Source: Pseudonocardiaceae bacterium | GTDB taxonomy: Bacteria; Actinomycetota; Actinomycetes; Mycobacteriales; Pseudonocardiaceae | Assembly (NCBI GenBank): GCA_009379815.1 | Contig: WHSY01000002.1 | Coordinates: 22,074-86,073, forward strand | Length of the DNA stretch: 64,000 nt | Reading direction: 5' to 3' | Shown: positions 17,824 to 28,060 of the stretch, in pieces | Numbering within the stretch: position 1 is the first letter of the stretch | Layout: each line of letters begins with the position of its first letter | Notes under the pieces: generated by a model | The model's input: only the letters and a program-made list of their open reading frames with translations | Told to the model about the DNA's origin: nothing | The model's database searches: none | Program-made: the position numbers and the translations under genes

Positions 17824-18204
17824 GTGCTTGCCTCACCTCGCCTTGCGGCCGTCCCGTTCGCCGCGGCTGTCGTGCTCAGCGTTCTGGTGCTGTTCACCCC
17901 GGGCGATCGGGTACCGGCCGGTGCGTGGTGGAGCGACGACGTGGTGCACGCGTCACTGTTCGCCCTGCTGGCGGTCACCGGGGTGCTGCTGCCGTGGCGA
18001 TGGACCCGGCTCGCCGCCGGACTCACCGGCTATGCCGTGCTGTCGGAGGTGGTGCACGCGGTCGCCCCGCTGCAGCGCTCGGGCTCGGTGGCGGATGTGG
18101 CGGCCGACCTCGCCGGGATCGCGCTGGGACTCGCCCTGGCCGCCGCGACGGTCACGGTCGCTCGACCGACGGCTCGCTCCACCGACGGGCGGCGCGCCGA
18201 GTGA
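17824..18204 (+). CDS. Small membrane protein, VanZ-like (tentative)
   Basis: In-frame GTG 17824 within track ORF 17713..18204. Three to four hydrophobic segments with DDVVHASLFALLAVTG and VADVAADLAGIALG. The overlapping ORF 17807..18370 is Arg/Cys/Trp-rich junk. Confidence 0.4.
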   Translation: MLASPRLAAVPFAAAVVLSVLVLFTPGDRVPAGAWWSDDVVHASLFALLAVTGVLLPWRWTRLAAGLTGYAVLSEVVHAVAPLQRSGSVADVAADLAGIALGLALAAATVTVARPTARSTDGRRAE

Positions 18205-18251
18205 ACCGGTCCCCCGCCAGGCCGGTACGGCCGCTCGGTCGCGGCGGACGC

Positions 18252-20084
<1,833 letters not shown>

Positions 20085-20150
20085 AACCGGGCCTCCGCGC
20101 CAGGATCACTCCGGCAGTCAGAACCGGAGAGTTCGCTCGGGAACCCGGTG

Positions 20151-21424
20151 TCACATCGTCGGTCGGACCGTCCCCGGCGTCCACGATGGTCGGTTGTTCA
20201 GTGCGTGCACGTCGCCGTGGGTGATCCGCTGGTAGGTCTCGGCCAGTGCGTCGAGCTCGGCCGGGCTGAGCACATCGTCGATGTGGGAGAAGCCGTTCGG
20301 GGCCCGCAGCTCGACCAGCCGCACGTAGTGGTCGGCGGGGTTGGCCCGGGTGGCGAGCACGAGGTCGTTGGTGGGCTGCAAGCGGGCGTGTTCGTAGGCG
20401 CGGATCCCGGCGGCGGGATCTGGCGAGGTCGCGAGCGAGTGTGCGAGTACGCGTCCGTCGATGATGGCTTGCGTGCCGCCGTTGGAGCCGACCGGGAACA
20501 TCGGGTGCGCGGCGTCACCGAGCAGCGTCACCAGCTCGCCGCCCCAATGGGGTAGCGGCTGGCGGTCGACCATCGGGTAGTCCAGGATCTCGGTGGAGCA
20601 GCGGATCAGCCCGGGTGCGTCGAGCCAGTCAGGGCCCCACCCGTCGAAGTGGGCCAAGACGTCGGCGGTGCGGCCGGCGCGGTTCCAGTCCGGCTCGGCG
20701 CCGCCGGCAGCGGCCTGCGGCACCTCGGCCACCCAGTTCACCAACGACCGGCCGCGGTCGGCCGCCTGTTTCGAGATCGGGTATGTCACGATCCGGGGGC
20801 TGCGTTACTGTCGACGATGACCATGCTGTGTCCGGTCAAGAACGGCTCGGTCTCACACACGCCGCGCCACATCCGGATGCCGGCGTAGTGCAACGGCGCC
20901 TGCTCGGGGTGATAGAGCGCTCGTACCGCGGAGTGCAGCCCGTCAGCGCCGACCAACACGTCTCCCGCGAGGGTGCGCGCACTGCCGGTAGACCGGTCGG
21001 TCACTCCAACCGTGACACCGCCGCGCTGCTGCTCGACGCCCTCGAACTGCGCGCCGAGGCGCACCGCGCACGGGCCGAGCCGCGCACGGACCGTGTCCAG
21101 CAACAGCATCTGCAGCTCGCCGCGGTGGATCGAGTACTGCGGCCACCGATACCCGAGAGCCAGCCCGCGGGGCTGGGACCAGATGCGGTTGCCGTGCCGG
21201 TCAACGTGCACGACCTCGGCGGTCGGGATCGCCAGCTCGCGCAGCGCATCGCCCAGGCCGAGCTCGGTGAGCTCGCGCACGGCGTGCGGCTGCAGGTTGA
21301 TGCCCACACCGAGCGGCCGAGGCTCGCGGACGGCCTCGACGACCACGACGTCGACACCGGCCACGCCCAGGCTCAGCGCCGCGGTCAGGCCGCCGATCCC
21401 CGCGCCGACGACGACAACGCGCAT
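20151..21424 (-). pseudogene. FAD-dependent aromatic-ring monooxygenase split by a frameshift
   Basis: N-half (21424..20786) reads MRVVVVGAGIGGLTAALSL..ADGLHSAVR..GHSMVIVDSNAAPGS*. C-half (20789..20151) reads V/MTYPISK..LLGDAAHPMFPVGSNGGTQAIIDG. The two frames overlap by 4 nt next to a C5 run on the coding strand (G run at 20795-20799). Together they form one typical ~425-aa enzyme. Confidence 0.65.
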
Positions 21425-21557
21425 CACGATTCCCCCACGGATCTGGTCACAGGTTGTCGCCGTCGAGCCCGCCCACAGGTCATCGCAGCCTCCAGCCCGT
21501 CCGCTCCACCGGGCAGGGACGCGTGCGCACGAACCGCTCGCGGCGCGATCCACATGT

Positions 21558-21944
21558 CTACGTGCCACTGCCGTAGGGACGGGTGAGGATCTCGAGGTAG
21601 TGGCCGTTCGGGTCCTCGAAGTAGGTGCCGCGGCCGCCGTCGTTATGGTTGATCTGTCCGGGCTGCTGGGGTCCGGGGCCGGCGTAGTGCGTGATCCCGG
21701 CCTGTTGGATGCGAGCGAGGATGGCGTCGAACTCCTGTTCGGACACCAGGAACGCGTAGTGCTGCGGGGTGATCTGGTCGGTGTCGCTGTCGACAAAGTC
21801 CAGGGCGACAGCGTTGCTGGTCTCGACGGGGATGAACGGGCCGTACTGGGCGCCGACCTGCAGCCCCAGGATCGTGGCCAGGAATTCGGCGGCAGCATGC
21901 TTGTCACGGGCCGCGATAACGGTGTGGTTCAGTTCGACGGACAT
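21558..21944 (-). CDS. VOC/glyoxalase-family protein
   Basis: ATG 21944 (GGAGGGC upstream) within track ORF 21558..22052. MSVELNHTVIAARDKHAAAEFLATILGL...YFEDPNGHYLEI is typical of the VOC fold. Confidence 0.8.
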   Translation of the reverse strand: MSVELNHTVIAARDKHAAAEFLATILGLQVGAQYGPFIPVETSNAVALDFVDSDTDQITPQHYAFLVSEQEFDAILARIQQAGITHYAGPGPQQPGQINHNDGGRGTYFEDPNGHYLEILTRPYGSGT

Positions 21945-21997
21945 GGTATTGCCCTCCGGTTCGGTGGTGTCGGCTCTGATCGTTTCCTGAGCTCGGC

Positions 21998-22576
21998 TCA
22001 GGCCTGGTAGGGCTGCTGCGTTCGGTGGTTGCGTAGGGCGTGTGCCCACCACAGGAGCTGGTCAAGTTGCGATTTGGCGGCCGCGTCCGCGGCGGGGTCG
22101 TGGGGGGTTCGGTCGGGGCCGAACCGCTCGGGGTAGTCGTGGAAGCTCACGACGTTGCGGATGGTGGTGGCGTGGACCTCGGCGAAGACCAGCCGCAGCG
22201 CCTCCACCGCCCGCAGCCCCCCGCCGGTGCCGCCGTAGGAGACGAATCCGACGGGTTTGGCCATCCATTCGTCGAAGAACCAGTCGATCGCGGTCTTCAG
22301 CGAGGCGGGGAAGCTGTGGTTGTACTCCGGGGTGACGACCACGAACGCATCCGCGCGCCCGAGCCGGGGCGCCAAGTCGCGCACCGGGGCCGGGGCCGGC
22401 CCGTCCCCCGGTGAGACGTCGGGCAGGTCGGTCTCGACCAGGTCGACGACATCGACGTCGAGGTCCGCGCGCTGGCGTGCCAGGCTGGCGAACCACTCCG
22501 CCACCGTCGGCCCGAACCGCCCGGTGCGGGTGCTGCCGATGATGACCGCCACCCGGGTCCGCTGCGCGCCCACCAT
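21998..22576 (-). CDS. NADPH-dependent FMN reductase
   Basis: ATG 22576 preceded by GAGGAGG. RVAVIIGSTRTGRFGPTVAEWF and AFVVVTPEYNHSFPASLKTAIDW. An alternative ATG lies at 22597. Confidence 0.8.
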   Translation of the reverse strand: MVGAQRTRVAVIIGSTRTGRFGPTVAEWFASLARQRADLDVDVVDLVETDLPDVSPGDGPAPAPVRDLAPRLGRADAFVVVTPEYNHSFPASLKTAIDWFFDEWMAKPVGFVSYGGTGGGLRAVEALRLVFAEVHATTIRNVVSFHDYPERFGPDRTPHDPAADAAAKSQLDQLLWWAHALRNHRTQQPYQA

Positions 22577-22610
22577 GCCGCTCGCCTCCTCGACCATCGA
22601 GAGCGTCGTA

Positions 22611-22634
22611 TCGTTACGTTCCAAGCTGTAACGA
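22611..22634. promoter_or_regulatory. Inverted repeat TCGTTAC-N10-GTAACGA (candidate TetR operator)
   Basis: Perfect 7-bp arms read directly in the 74-nt divergent spacer between the FMN reductase and TetR genes. Confidence 0.4.
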
Positions 22635-22650
22635 AAAGATAGGTTGTGGC

Positions 22651-23310
22651 ATGGCTTCGCGTCAACCCCGTCACGCCTCACCGCCGGCCGGTGGCCGTCC
22701 CCGAGACCCGCACATCGACACGGCGGTGCTCGACGCGACGCTGGCGGTGCTCGACGAGTCGGGATACACCGCGCTCTCGCTCGAAGACATCGCCCGCCGC
22801 GCCGGCACCACCCGACCCGCGATCTACCGCCGCTGGCGCGGACGCGCGCGCCTGGCACTGGCCGCGCTCGCGGTTCGACTCGACGTCGCCGAGGTCCCCG
22901 ACTCCGGCTGCACCCTCTGCGACCTCGGCGAAGGCCTGGGCGTGTTCATCGCCGCGTTCGGCGCCATCCGACCCGATGTGCTCGGACCGCTGCTGGCCGA
23001 ATGCGCACCCGACCCCGAGCTGCACACCGAGTTCATGGCCACCCTGTTCGACCCCCCACGCGCCGCGGTCGCCCGGATGCTCGACCGCGCCGTCGCCCGC
23101 GGCGACCTGCGCGCCGACATCGACCGAGAGCTCGTCCTGGACATGCTCGGCTCCCTCATCCACTACCGCGCCCTGTTCGGACACGCCCCCACGAGCAACA
23201 CCGAGGTCGAAAGCGCCATCGAAGCCCTGCTGCGCGGCATCGCCACCGACTACCCCGCCCTGGTCGAACACAGCAGGCAGCTCCAAGCCGCCCACGCCCC
23301 CCACCCGTAG
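22651..23310 (+). CDS. TetR-family transcriptional regulator
   Basis: ORF 22651..23310. HTH LSLEDIARRAGTTRPAIYRRWRGRARL. Confidence 0.85.
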   Translation: MASRQPRHASPPAGGRPRDPHIDTAVLDATLAVLDESGYTALSLEDIARRAGTTRPAIYRRWRGRARLALAALAVRLDVAEVPDSGCTLCDLGEGLGVFIAAFGAIRPDVLGPLLAECAPDPELHTEFMATLFDPPRAAVARMLDRAVARGDLRADIDRELVLDMLGSLIHYRALFGHAPTSNTEVESAIEALLRGIATDYPALVEHSRQLQAAHAPHP

Positions 23311-23489
23311 TCGAAGGCTGCGCCCCGCCAAAGCCATGTCCGATGCCCCGACAGCGGCTCGCCGTCGTCGCCGGGTGGGACGCCACCCCACCGTGCACTA
23401 CCTACGCCGTGCAACTGGCCAAGGCCTGGGGCGCAGGTCACCGGCGGCGATGCTCGTATAGTTCGATGGCGGGCGGGGCATCCGCCCCG

Positions 23490-23825
23490 TCAGTGGTCGT
23501 GGCCGGCGGGGCGGGATGCGAGCGCCTCGGCGCGGCGGCCGACGTCCTCGGCACCGACCATCCCCCGCTCGACGACCACCGTCTCCAGCGCCTGCAGCCA
23601 GCACCGGTAGTAGCTCCAACACTGTCCGGGCGGATGGTCGCGCTCCCACTCCGCGATCCGCGCGACGAGATGGTCGCGGAAGTCGTCCCAGCCGAACGGC
23701 CCGGCATCGTGCAGCGTCATGGCCAACCCGAACGCGCGGCTCTCCCACGGCTCGCTGAACACCAGCTCGCCGTTGCTGCGCGGGGGCGCCCCGGGGCCCT
23801 CGATGTCGAGCTGCGGTGCCGTCAC
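23490..23825 (-). CDS. Nitrile hydratase accessory protein (small beta-homologous, P14K-type)
   Basis: ORF 23490..23825; GTG overlaps the alpha stop (GTGA). [18 protein letters not shown] parallels [17 protein letters not shown] of the beta subunit encoded upstream. Confidence 0.7.
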   Translation of the reverse strand: MTAPQLDIEGPGAPPRSNGELVFSEPWESRAFGLAMTLHDAGPFGWDDFRDHLVARIAEWERDHPPGQCWSYYRCWLQALETVVVERGMVGAEDVGRRAEALASRPAGHDH

Positions 23826-24418
23826 GACCCGACCTCGGCCACACCTACCATGGTGTCACGGGTGACCATCGCCGCCAGCTCCTCGACTGGGCGCCCCTCG
23901 GTCCCGGCGGGGCGCTGCGGCAGCACGAGGTAGCGGACCTCGGAACTCGAGTCCCACACCTTGATCTCGACATCGGCGGGCAGCGTCAAGCCCATCTCGG
24001 CCAGCACCGCCCGGGGTTCGCGCACCATCCGTGATCGGTAGGCCGGGTCCTTGTACCAGCTGGGGGGCAACCCCAGCACCGGCCAGGGGTAGCACGAGCA
24101 GAGGGAGCAGACGACGACATGGTGGACGTCGGGCGTGTTCTCCACGACGACGATGTGTTCGCCCTGCGGCCCGCCGAAACCCAGCTCCTTGATCGCGGAC
24201 GTGCCCTCGGCGAGCAGCCGTTCCTTGTATTCCGGGTCGGTCCAGGCCTTCGCGACGACCTGCGCCCCGTTGAGTGGGCCGACGTCGTTCTCGTAGGTGG
24301 CGATGAACTTGTCCATCACCGCGGAATCGACCAGGCCGCGCTCGACGAGCAGCTGCTCCAGCGCCTCCGTCCGCAACGACGGCGGCAGCCGATCCCGGTT
24401 CGGTGCGCTCGTGGTCAT
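23822..24418 (-). CDS. nthA: Nitrile hydratase alpha subunit
   Basis: ATG 24418 overlaps the beta stop (ATGA). Metal-binding claw [29 protein letters not shown]. Confidence 0.9.
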   Translation of the reverse strand: MTTSAPNRDRLPPSLRTEALEQLLVERGLVDSAVMDKFIATYENDVGPLNGAQVVAKAWTDPEYKERLLAEGTSAIKELGFGGPQGEHIVVVENTPDVHHVVVCSLCSCYPWPVLGLPPSWYKDPAYRSRMVREPRAVLAEMGLTLPADVEIKVWDSSSEVRYLVLPQRPAGTEGRPVEELAAMVTRDTMVGVAEVGS

Positions 24419-25080
24419 TCGTCGGCCTCCAGGTAGCTCTCGAACAGGTCCACATGCAGCCGGAAGGACTCCGCGTCCGGACCCCACAGCTCGTGCGAGT
24501 CGAAGCCGACCGCATACACGTACTGCGGGTTCTCGCCGAGGAAGTGCGCGTTGGTGTCGGGCAGCACCGCCGCGGGCTGGATCAGCTCGATCACGCCGCG
24601 GTGGCCCCGCAGGTAGCCGCACAGCCGAGTGTGGCCCTCGGGGTGGATGTCCTTGGCCCGGACCCGGTCGCCCACCGCGAAGCGCGGGGGCTCCGCCACG
24701 GTCCGCAGCTGGCCCGCCGCCGTGTTCTGGTAGTCGGGTTTGTTCGGCTCCGGGAAGGCCGGCTGGTCCGTCTGCTCACCACGGTTGGCGCGGGCCCGCG
24801 CATTGACCGCCCCGGGGGCCAGGATGGCGCTGTCGGTGAGCATCAGCTCGGCGGCGTTGAGCCAGCGCCCGTAGTACCCGTCCGCCAGGTAGTCGTCGCG
24901 AGGCAGCCGTTCGAGGGCGTGCCGGAAGGCGTCGAGGTTGCGGCCGGACACCCGGCCCATCGACAGCAGGGTCAGCGCGAACGCCCGGCCCTCCCAGGAT
25001 TCCGCGAAGACCGGCTCATCGACGGGCACGGGGGCACGTCCCCAACCCCGGGTTCCGCCCATGTCGGCGATCGTTTCCAC
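24415..25080 (-). CDS. nthB: Nitrile hydratase beta subunit
   Basis: GTG 25080 preceded by GGGAGG, in frame with track ORF 24415..25143. [18 protein letters not shown]...[13 protein letters not shown]...[28 protein letters not shown] is a typical beta layout. Confidence 0.85.
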   Translation of the reverse strand: METIADMGGTRGWGRAPVPVDEPVFAESWEGRAFALTLLSMGRVSGRNLDAFRHALERLPRDDYLADGYYGRWLNAAELMLTDSAILAPGAVNARARANRGEQTDQPAFPEPNKPDYQNTAAGQLRTVAEPPRFAVGDRVRAKDIHPEGHTRLCGYLRGHRGVIELIQPAAVLPDTNAHFLGENPQYVYAVGFDSHELWGPDAESFRLHVDLFESYLEADE

Positions 25081-25099
25081 ATGGCCTCCCTGCGGTCGG

Positions 25100-25147
25100 C
25101 CTCGTGAGTGGCGATACGAGTCATGACTCGTATCGCCACTCACGAGG
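25100..25147. repeat. 48-bp perfect palindrome of the CGTGAGTGGCGATRCGAG family
   Basis: CCTCGTGAGTGGCGATACGAGTCA|TGACTCGTATCGCCACTCACGAGG read directly. It fills most of the 75-nt spacer between the 161-aa gene and nthB. Confidence 0.85.
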
Positions 25148-25155
25148 CGAAGCCA

Positions 25156-25641
25156 TCACACCGTCCAGGTCTGCATGATCAGAGCGTTCTCGCGACGGGC
25201 GGTGAGCACGGCATCCAGCACGTCGAGCGGGTTGATCGGCTTGACGCCTTCCATCATGTCGACCTCGCGCATGCCGTAGAGCATCGCGGCCGAGAACCGG
25301 CACGCGTAGACGTGCCCACCCTCGTCCATGAACGTCTGCAGCTGCTTGTTGTACATCAGCGCGCCGGGGAACGCCTCGTCACCGACGGTGGGGAAGCCGC
25401 GGGAGGCCGACGCCATCAACGAACCGGGACCGTAGAGCACCAGGTGGGTGTCGAAACCCTTGCGGTTGATCCGGGTACAGGTGAGCTGATTCACCAGGCC
25501 CACCGACCCCTCGAAGGGCACGGTGTGCATCAGCACGTACGCCTTCTCGCCCGGCTGGGCCTGGATGTCCTCGAAGACCTTGTCCTCGTAGTCGACGATC
25601 GCGTCGCCCTTCTTGACCCTTTCACCCACGATCTGAGCCAT
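25156..25641 (-). CDS. 161-aa protein, probably MSMEG_0572/Sll0783 (Nit1C NitB-like) family
   Basis: ORF 25156..25641 with strong AAGGAGG upstream. The size, and its position directly upstream of the nitrile-converting enzyme and downstream of flavoprotein + small ORF, match the Nit1C layout. The family call needs an HMM check. Confidence 0.55.
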   Translation of the reverse strand: MAQIVGERVKKGDAIVDYEDKVFEDIQAQPGEKAYVLMHTVPFEGSVGLVNQLTCTRINRKGFDTHLVLYGPGSLMASASRGFPTVGDEAFPGALMYNKQLQTFMDEGGHVYACRFSAAMLYGMREVDMMEGVKPINPLDVLDAVLTARRENALIMQTWTV

Positions 25642-25693
25642 TACCGGCCTCCTTGTCCTTCTGTCGTTACCGTTGGGTCTGGTGCTCGTTCCG

Positions 25694-25727
25694 ATCGGTG
25701 ATCAAACTGCATCGGTGATCAAACTGC
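25694..25727. repeat. Perfect tandem duplication of 17 bp (ATCGGTGATCAAACTGC x2)
   Basis: Read directly. The second copy contains the stop codon of the small ORF (25719-25721). Confidence 0.85.
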
Positions 25728-25976
25728 GGGGCCCCGGCGTCGGGGCGGTGGTGCCCAGGTCTTGCGGTGGCTGCCCGGCATGGCCTTGAGCACCCGGTGG
25801 CGCACCGACCACGGCAGTGCGTGGTAGACCGGTGCGAAGACCCGCAGCCAGAAGATCTCCTTGGGGCCTCGGGGGGGCCGTGGCGAGCTTGCCCCGTGCC
25901 GGTGGGCGAGCCGCTCGTGCGCGTCGACCAGCAGGTAGTGCTCGGAGTTGGCGCGCAGCCAGCCGGACCAGGACAT
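25719..25976 (-). CDS. Small basic protein (85 aa), possibly MSMEG_0570 (Nit1C NitG-like) family
   Basis: ATG 25976 lies 2 nt after the flavoprotein stop, within track ORF 25719..26006. MSWSGWLRANSEHYLLVDAHERL...FWLRVFAPVYHALPWSVRHRVLKAMPGSHRKTW. The assignment is by size and position only. Confidence 0.45.
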   Translation of the reverse strand: MSWSGWLRANSEHYLLVDAHERLAHRHGASSPRPPRGPKEIFWLRVFAPVYHALPWSVRHRVLKAMPGSHRKTWAPPPRRRGPAV

Positions 25977-25977
25977 C

Positions 25978-27330
25978 TCAGCCCTTCCCCGCCTTGGCCA
26001 GTTCATTCAGACCGTTCGTGGCGGCGACGACGATCGGCTCGTTGAGCGCCCCGATGGGGGGCGAGTAGACATTCTCCATCGTGGACAGGTCGTGCAGGGT
26101 GAAGCCGAACTTCACCGCCATCGCCAGGAAGTCGGCACGTTCCTTGATGCCCTCACCGCCGCCGACCATCTGCGCGCCGATCAGACGCAGACTGCCGGGC
26201 TCGGCGAGCAGCTTCACCTTGATCTTGTGCACACCCGGGTAGTAGCGCGCCCGGGAGATGCCCTCCGCGGTGGCGAGCACGTACGGGATGCCGAGCGCGG
26301 TGGCGGTGGTCTCGCCGAAGGAGGCCCCACCGATGACCCACTTCCCGGCCGGGGTGCCCCAGGGCACGTAGACCGACTGGTAGGTGCGCGATCCGCCGCC
26401 TGCGTTGGTGCCCGCGACCTTGCCCTGGGCGTAGGCGTGGCTGCCGGTCAGGCCCTGCAGCGGGACCTGGGTGAAGCCGTGCGGGATCTCGGTGCAGTCG
26501 CCGGCAGCGAACACGCCATCGGCCGAGGTGGCCATCCGCTCGTCCACCACGATCCCGCCGGTGGTCCCGATGCGGAGGCCGGCCGCCGAGGCCAGCGCGT
26601 TGTTGGGCGTCTTGTGCGTGCACACCACCACGACATCGGCGGGGAACTCCCCGGCCGAGGTCTGTACGCCCCGGACATGACCGCCGTCACCGAGGAACGC
26701 CTCGAGGGTGGTGTTGAAGTGCAGCTTGACCCCCATCTCGCGCCAGGACTCCTCGACGGGCGCCATGATGTCGGGGTCGGCCATCTCCCCCAGCGCCCAG
26801 GGATTCGGGTCGACGAGATGGGTCTCGATGCCCCGGTGGGCCAGCGCGGTCACCATCTCCAGACCGAGCGGGGAGGCGTCGACCACCACGGCGACCTTGG
26901 TCCGGTCGAGGACCTTGTCCCACTCCATCGCCTCGCGGATGTTCTTGACGTAGTACAGCCCCTCGAGGTCGCCCCCCGGCACGCCGGGGTCGGCGTAGTC
27001 GAAGCCCGTGCCCAGCACGAGCCGGTCGTAGGAGACCTCGCCCTCGGCTGCCGCGGTGACGGTCTTGCGGGCGATGTTGAGCGCGGTGACCTCGGTGTTG
27101 TAGTGCACGTCGATGCCGGCGTCGACGTAGGCCTGCTTACCGGCGAGGAACAACCGCTGGAAGTCCTCGATCTCGCCACCATGGACGTACGGGATGCCGC
27201 AGGGGCTGTAGGCGATGTCCTCGTACTCGGTGTAGACGGTCACCTCGGCGTCCGGATCCGCCGCCTTGACACCGCCCGCGGCCCCCAGACCCGCGGCGCC
27301 ACCTCCCACGATCACGGTCCTGCGTGGCAC
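25978..27330 (-). CDS. FAD/NAD(P)-dependent pyridine-nucleotide-disulfide oxidoreductase (single-Cys CoA-disulfide-reductase/NADH-oxidase-like), in the Nit1C flavoprotein position
   Basis: Track ORF 25978..27375. Start moved to GTG 27330 (GAGGAG 5 nt upstream). VIVGGGAAGLGAAG dinucleotide fold and redox Cys context YSPCGIPYVHGG. Confidence 0.8.
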   Translation of the reverse strand: MPRRTVIVGGGAAGLGAAGGVKAADPDAEVTVYTEYEDIAYSPCGIPYVHGGEIEDFQRLFLAGKQAYVDAGIDVHYNTEVTALNIARKTVTAAAEGEVSYDRLVLGTGFDYADPGVPGGDLEGLYYVKNIREAMEWDKVLDRTKVAVVVDASPLGLEMVTALAHRGIETHLVDPNPWALGEMADPDIMAPVEESWREMGVKLHFNTTLEAFLGDGGHVRGVQTSAGEFPADVVVVCTHKTPNNALASAAGLRIGTTGGIVVDERMATSADGVFAAGDCTEIPHGFTQVPLQGLTGSHAYAQGKVAGTNAGGGSRTYQSVYVPWGTPAGKWVIGGASFGETTATALGIPYVLATAEGISRARYYPGVHKIKVKLLAEPGSLRLIGAQMVGGGEGIKERADFLAMAVKFGFTLHDLSTMENVYSPPIGALNEPIVVAATNGLNELAKAGKG

Positions 27331-27442
27331 ACGAACTCCTCTTCCACGACCTAGGATGGTGCCGTCCTTCGGCAAAGACGTTCACCATATGCAATACCGA
27401 TCTACTATACTAATCGCGATCACCGTGTCAAGGAGCGTCAGC

Positions 27443-28060
27443 ATGGCCAGGTCGGCGACCAGCGCGCACGAGCCCGGGCGCGACGGCGGGCTCGCCCGCG
27501 ACTGGGAACCGATCGTCGGATCGATCGGGCCGAAGGTGCGCGAGCTGCGCCAGCAGCTCGGGCTGTCGCTACAGCAGCTCGCCCAGCAGTCCGAGGTTTC
27601 GGCAGCGGCCATCCACAAGGTCGAGCGGGGTGACATGGTCCCCACCATCACCACGCTGCTCAAGCTCGCGGCCGCACTCGACCGGCCGATCGGGCACTTC
27701 GTGGAGGACACCACCCCCATAGGTCCGGTGGCTTCCCACGTCCCGGCGGCGGGCCGTACCGCGCTGCGGTCCGCGGCCGACGGGGTGGACCTGGCCGGTT
27801 TCTCGGGGTCTGCGGACAGGTTTCGCACCGCCGGTGCGGTCGCCACCATCGCGCCCGGCGCGCAGGGCACCGGCGCGCAGCGCCCCGGCGAGGACCTGAT
27901 GCTCGTGCTCAGCGGCACGCTGGCCGTCGAGATCGCGGGCGAGCACTACACGCTGCGCAAGGGCGACGCGCTGCACTACCCGACCGATCGGCCGTATTGC
28001 TGGTCGAACCCCGGGCGCTCCGAGACCAGGGCGGTGTGGATCTCGCTGCCTGGCAGCTGA
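27443..28060 (+). CDS. XRE-family HTH regulator with C-terminal cupin domain
   Basis: ATG 27443 (AGGAGCG upstream) in frame with track ORF 27266..28060. LRQQLGLSLQQLAQQSEVSAAAIHKVERGD, then a cupin region GEHYTLRKGDALHYPTDRPYCWSN. Confidence 0.8.
   Translation: MARSATSAHEPGRDGGLARDWEPIVGSIGPKVRELRQQLGLSLQQLAQQSEVSAAAIHKVERGDMVPTITTLLKLAAALDRPIGHFVEDTTPIGPVASHVPAAGRTALRSAADGVDLAGFSGSADRFRTAGAVATIAPGAQGTGAQRPGEDLMLVLSGTLAVEIAGEHYTLRKGDALHYPTDRPYCWSNPGRSETRAVWISLPGS

Noticed and set aside
23471-23487. Short GC hairpin (GGGCGG-GGCAT-CCGCCC) after the NHase accessory gene as a terminator
   Set aside because: It has only a 6-bp stem and no U-tract. It is too weak to call as a feature from sequence alone.
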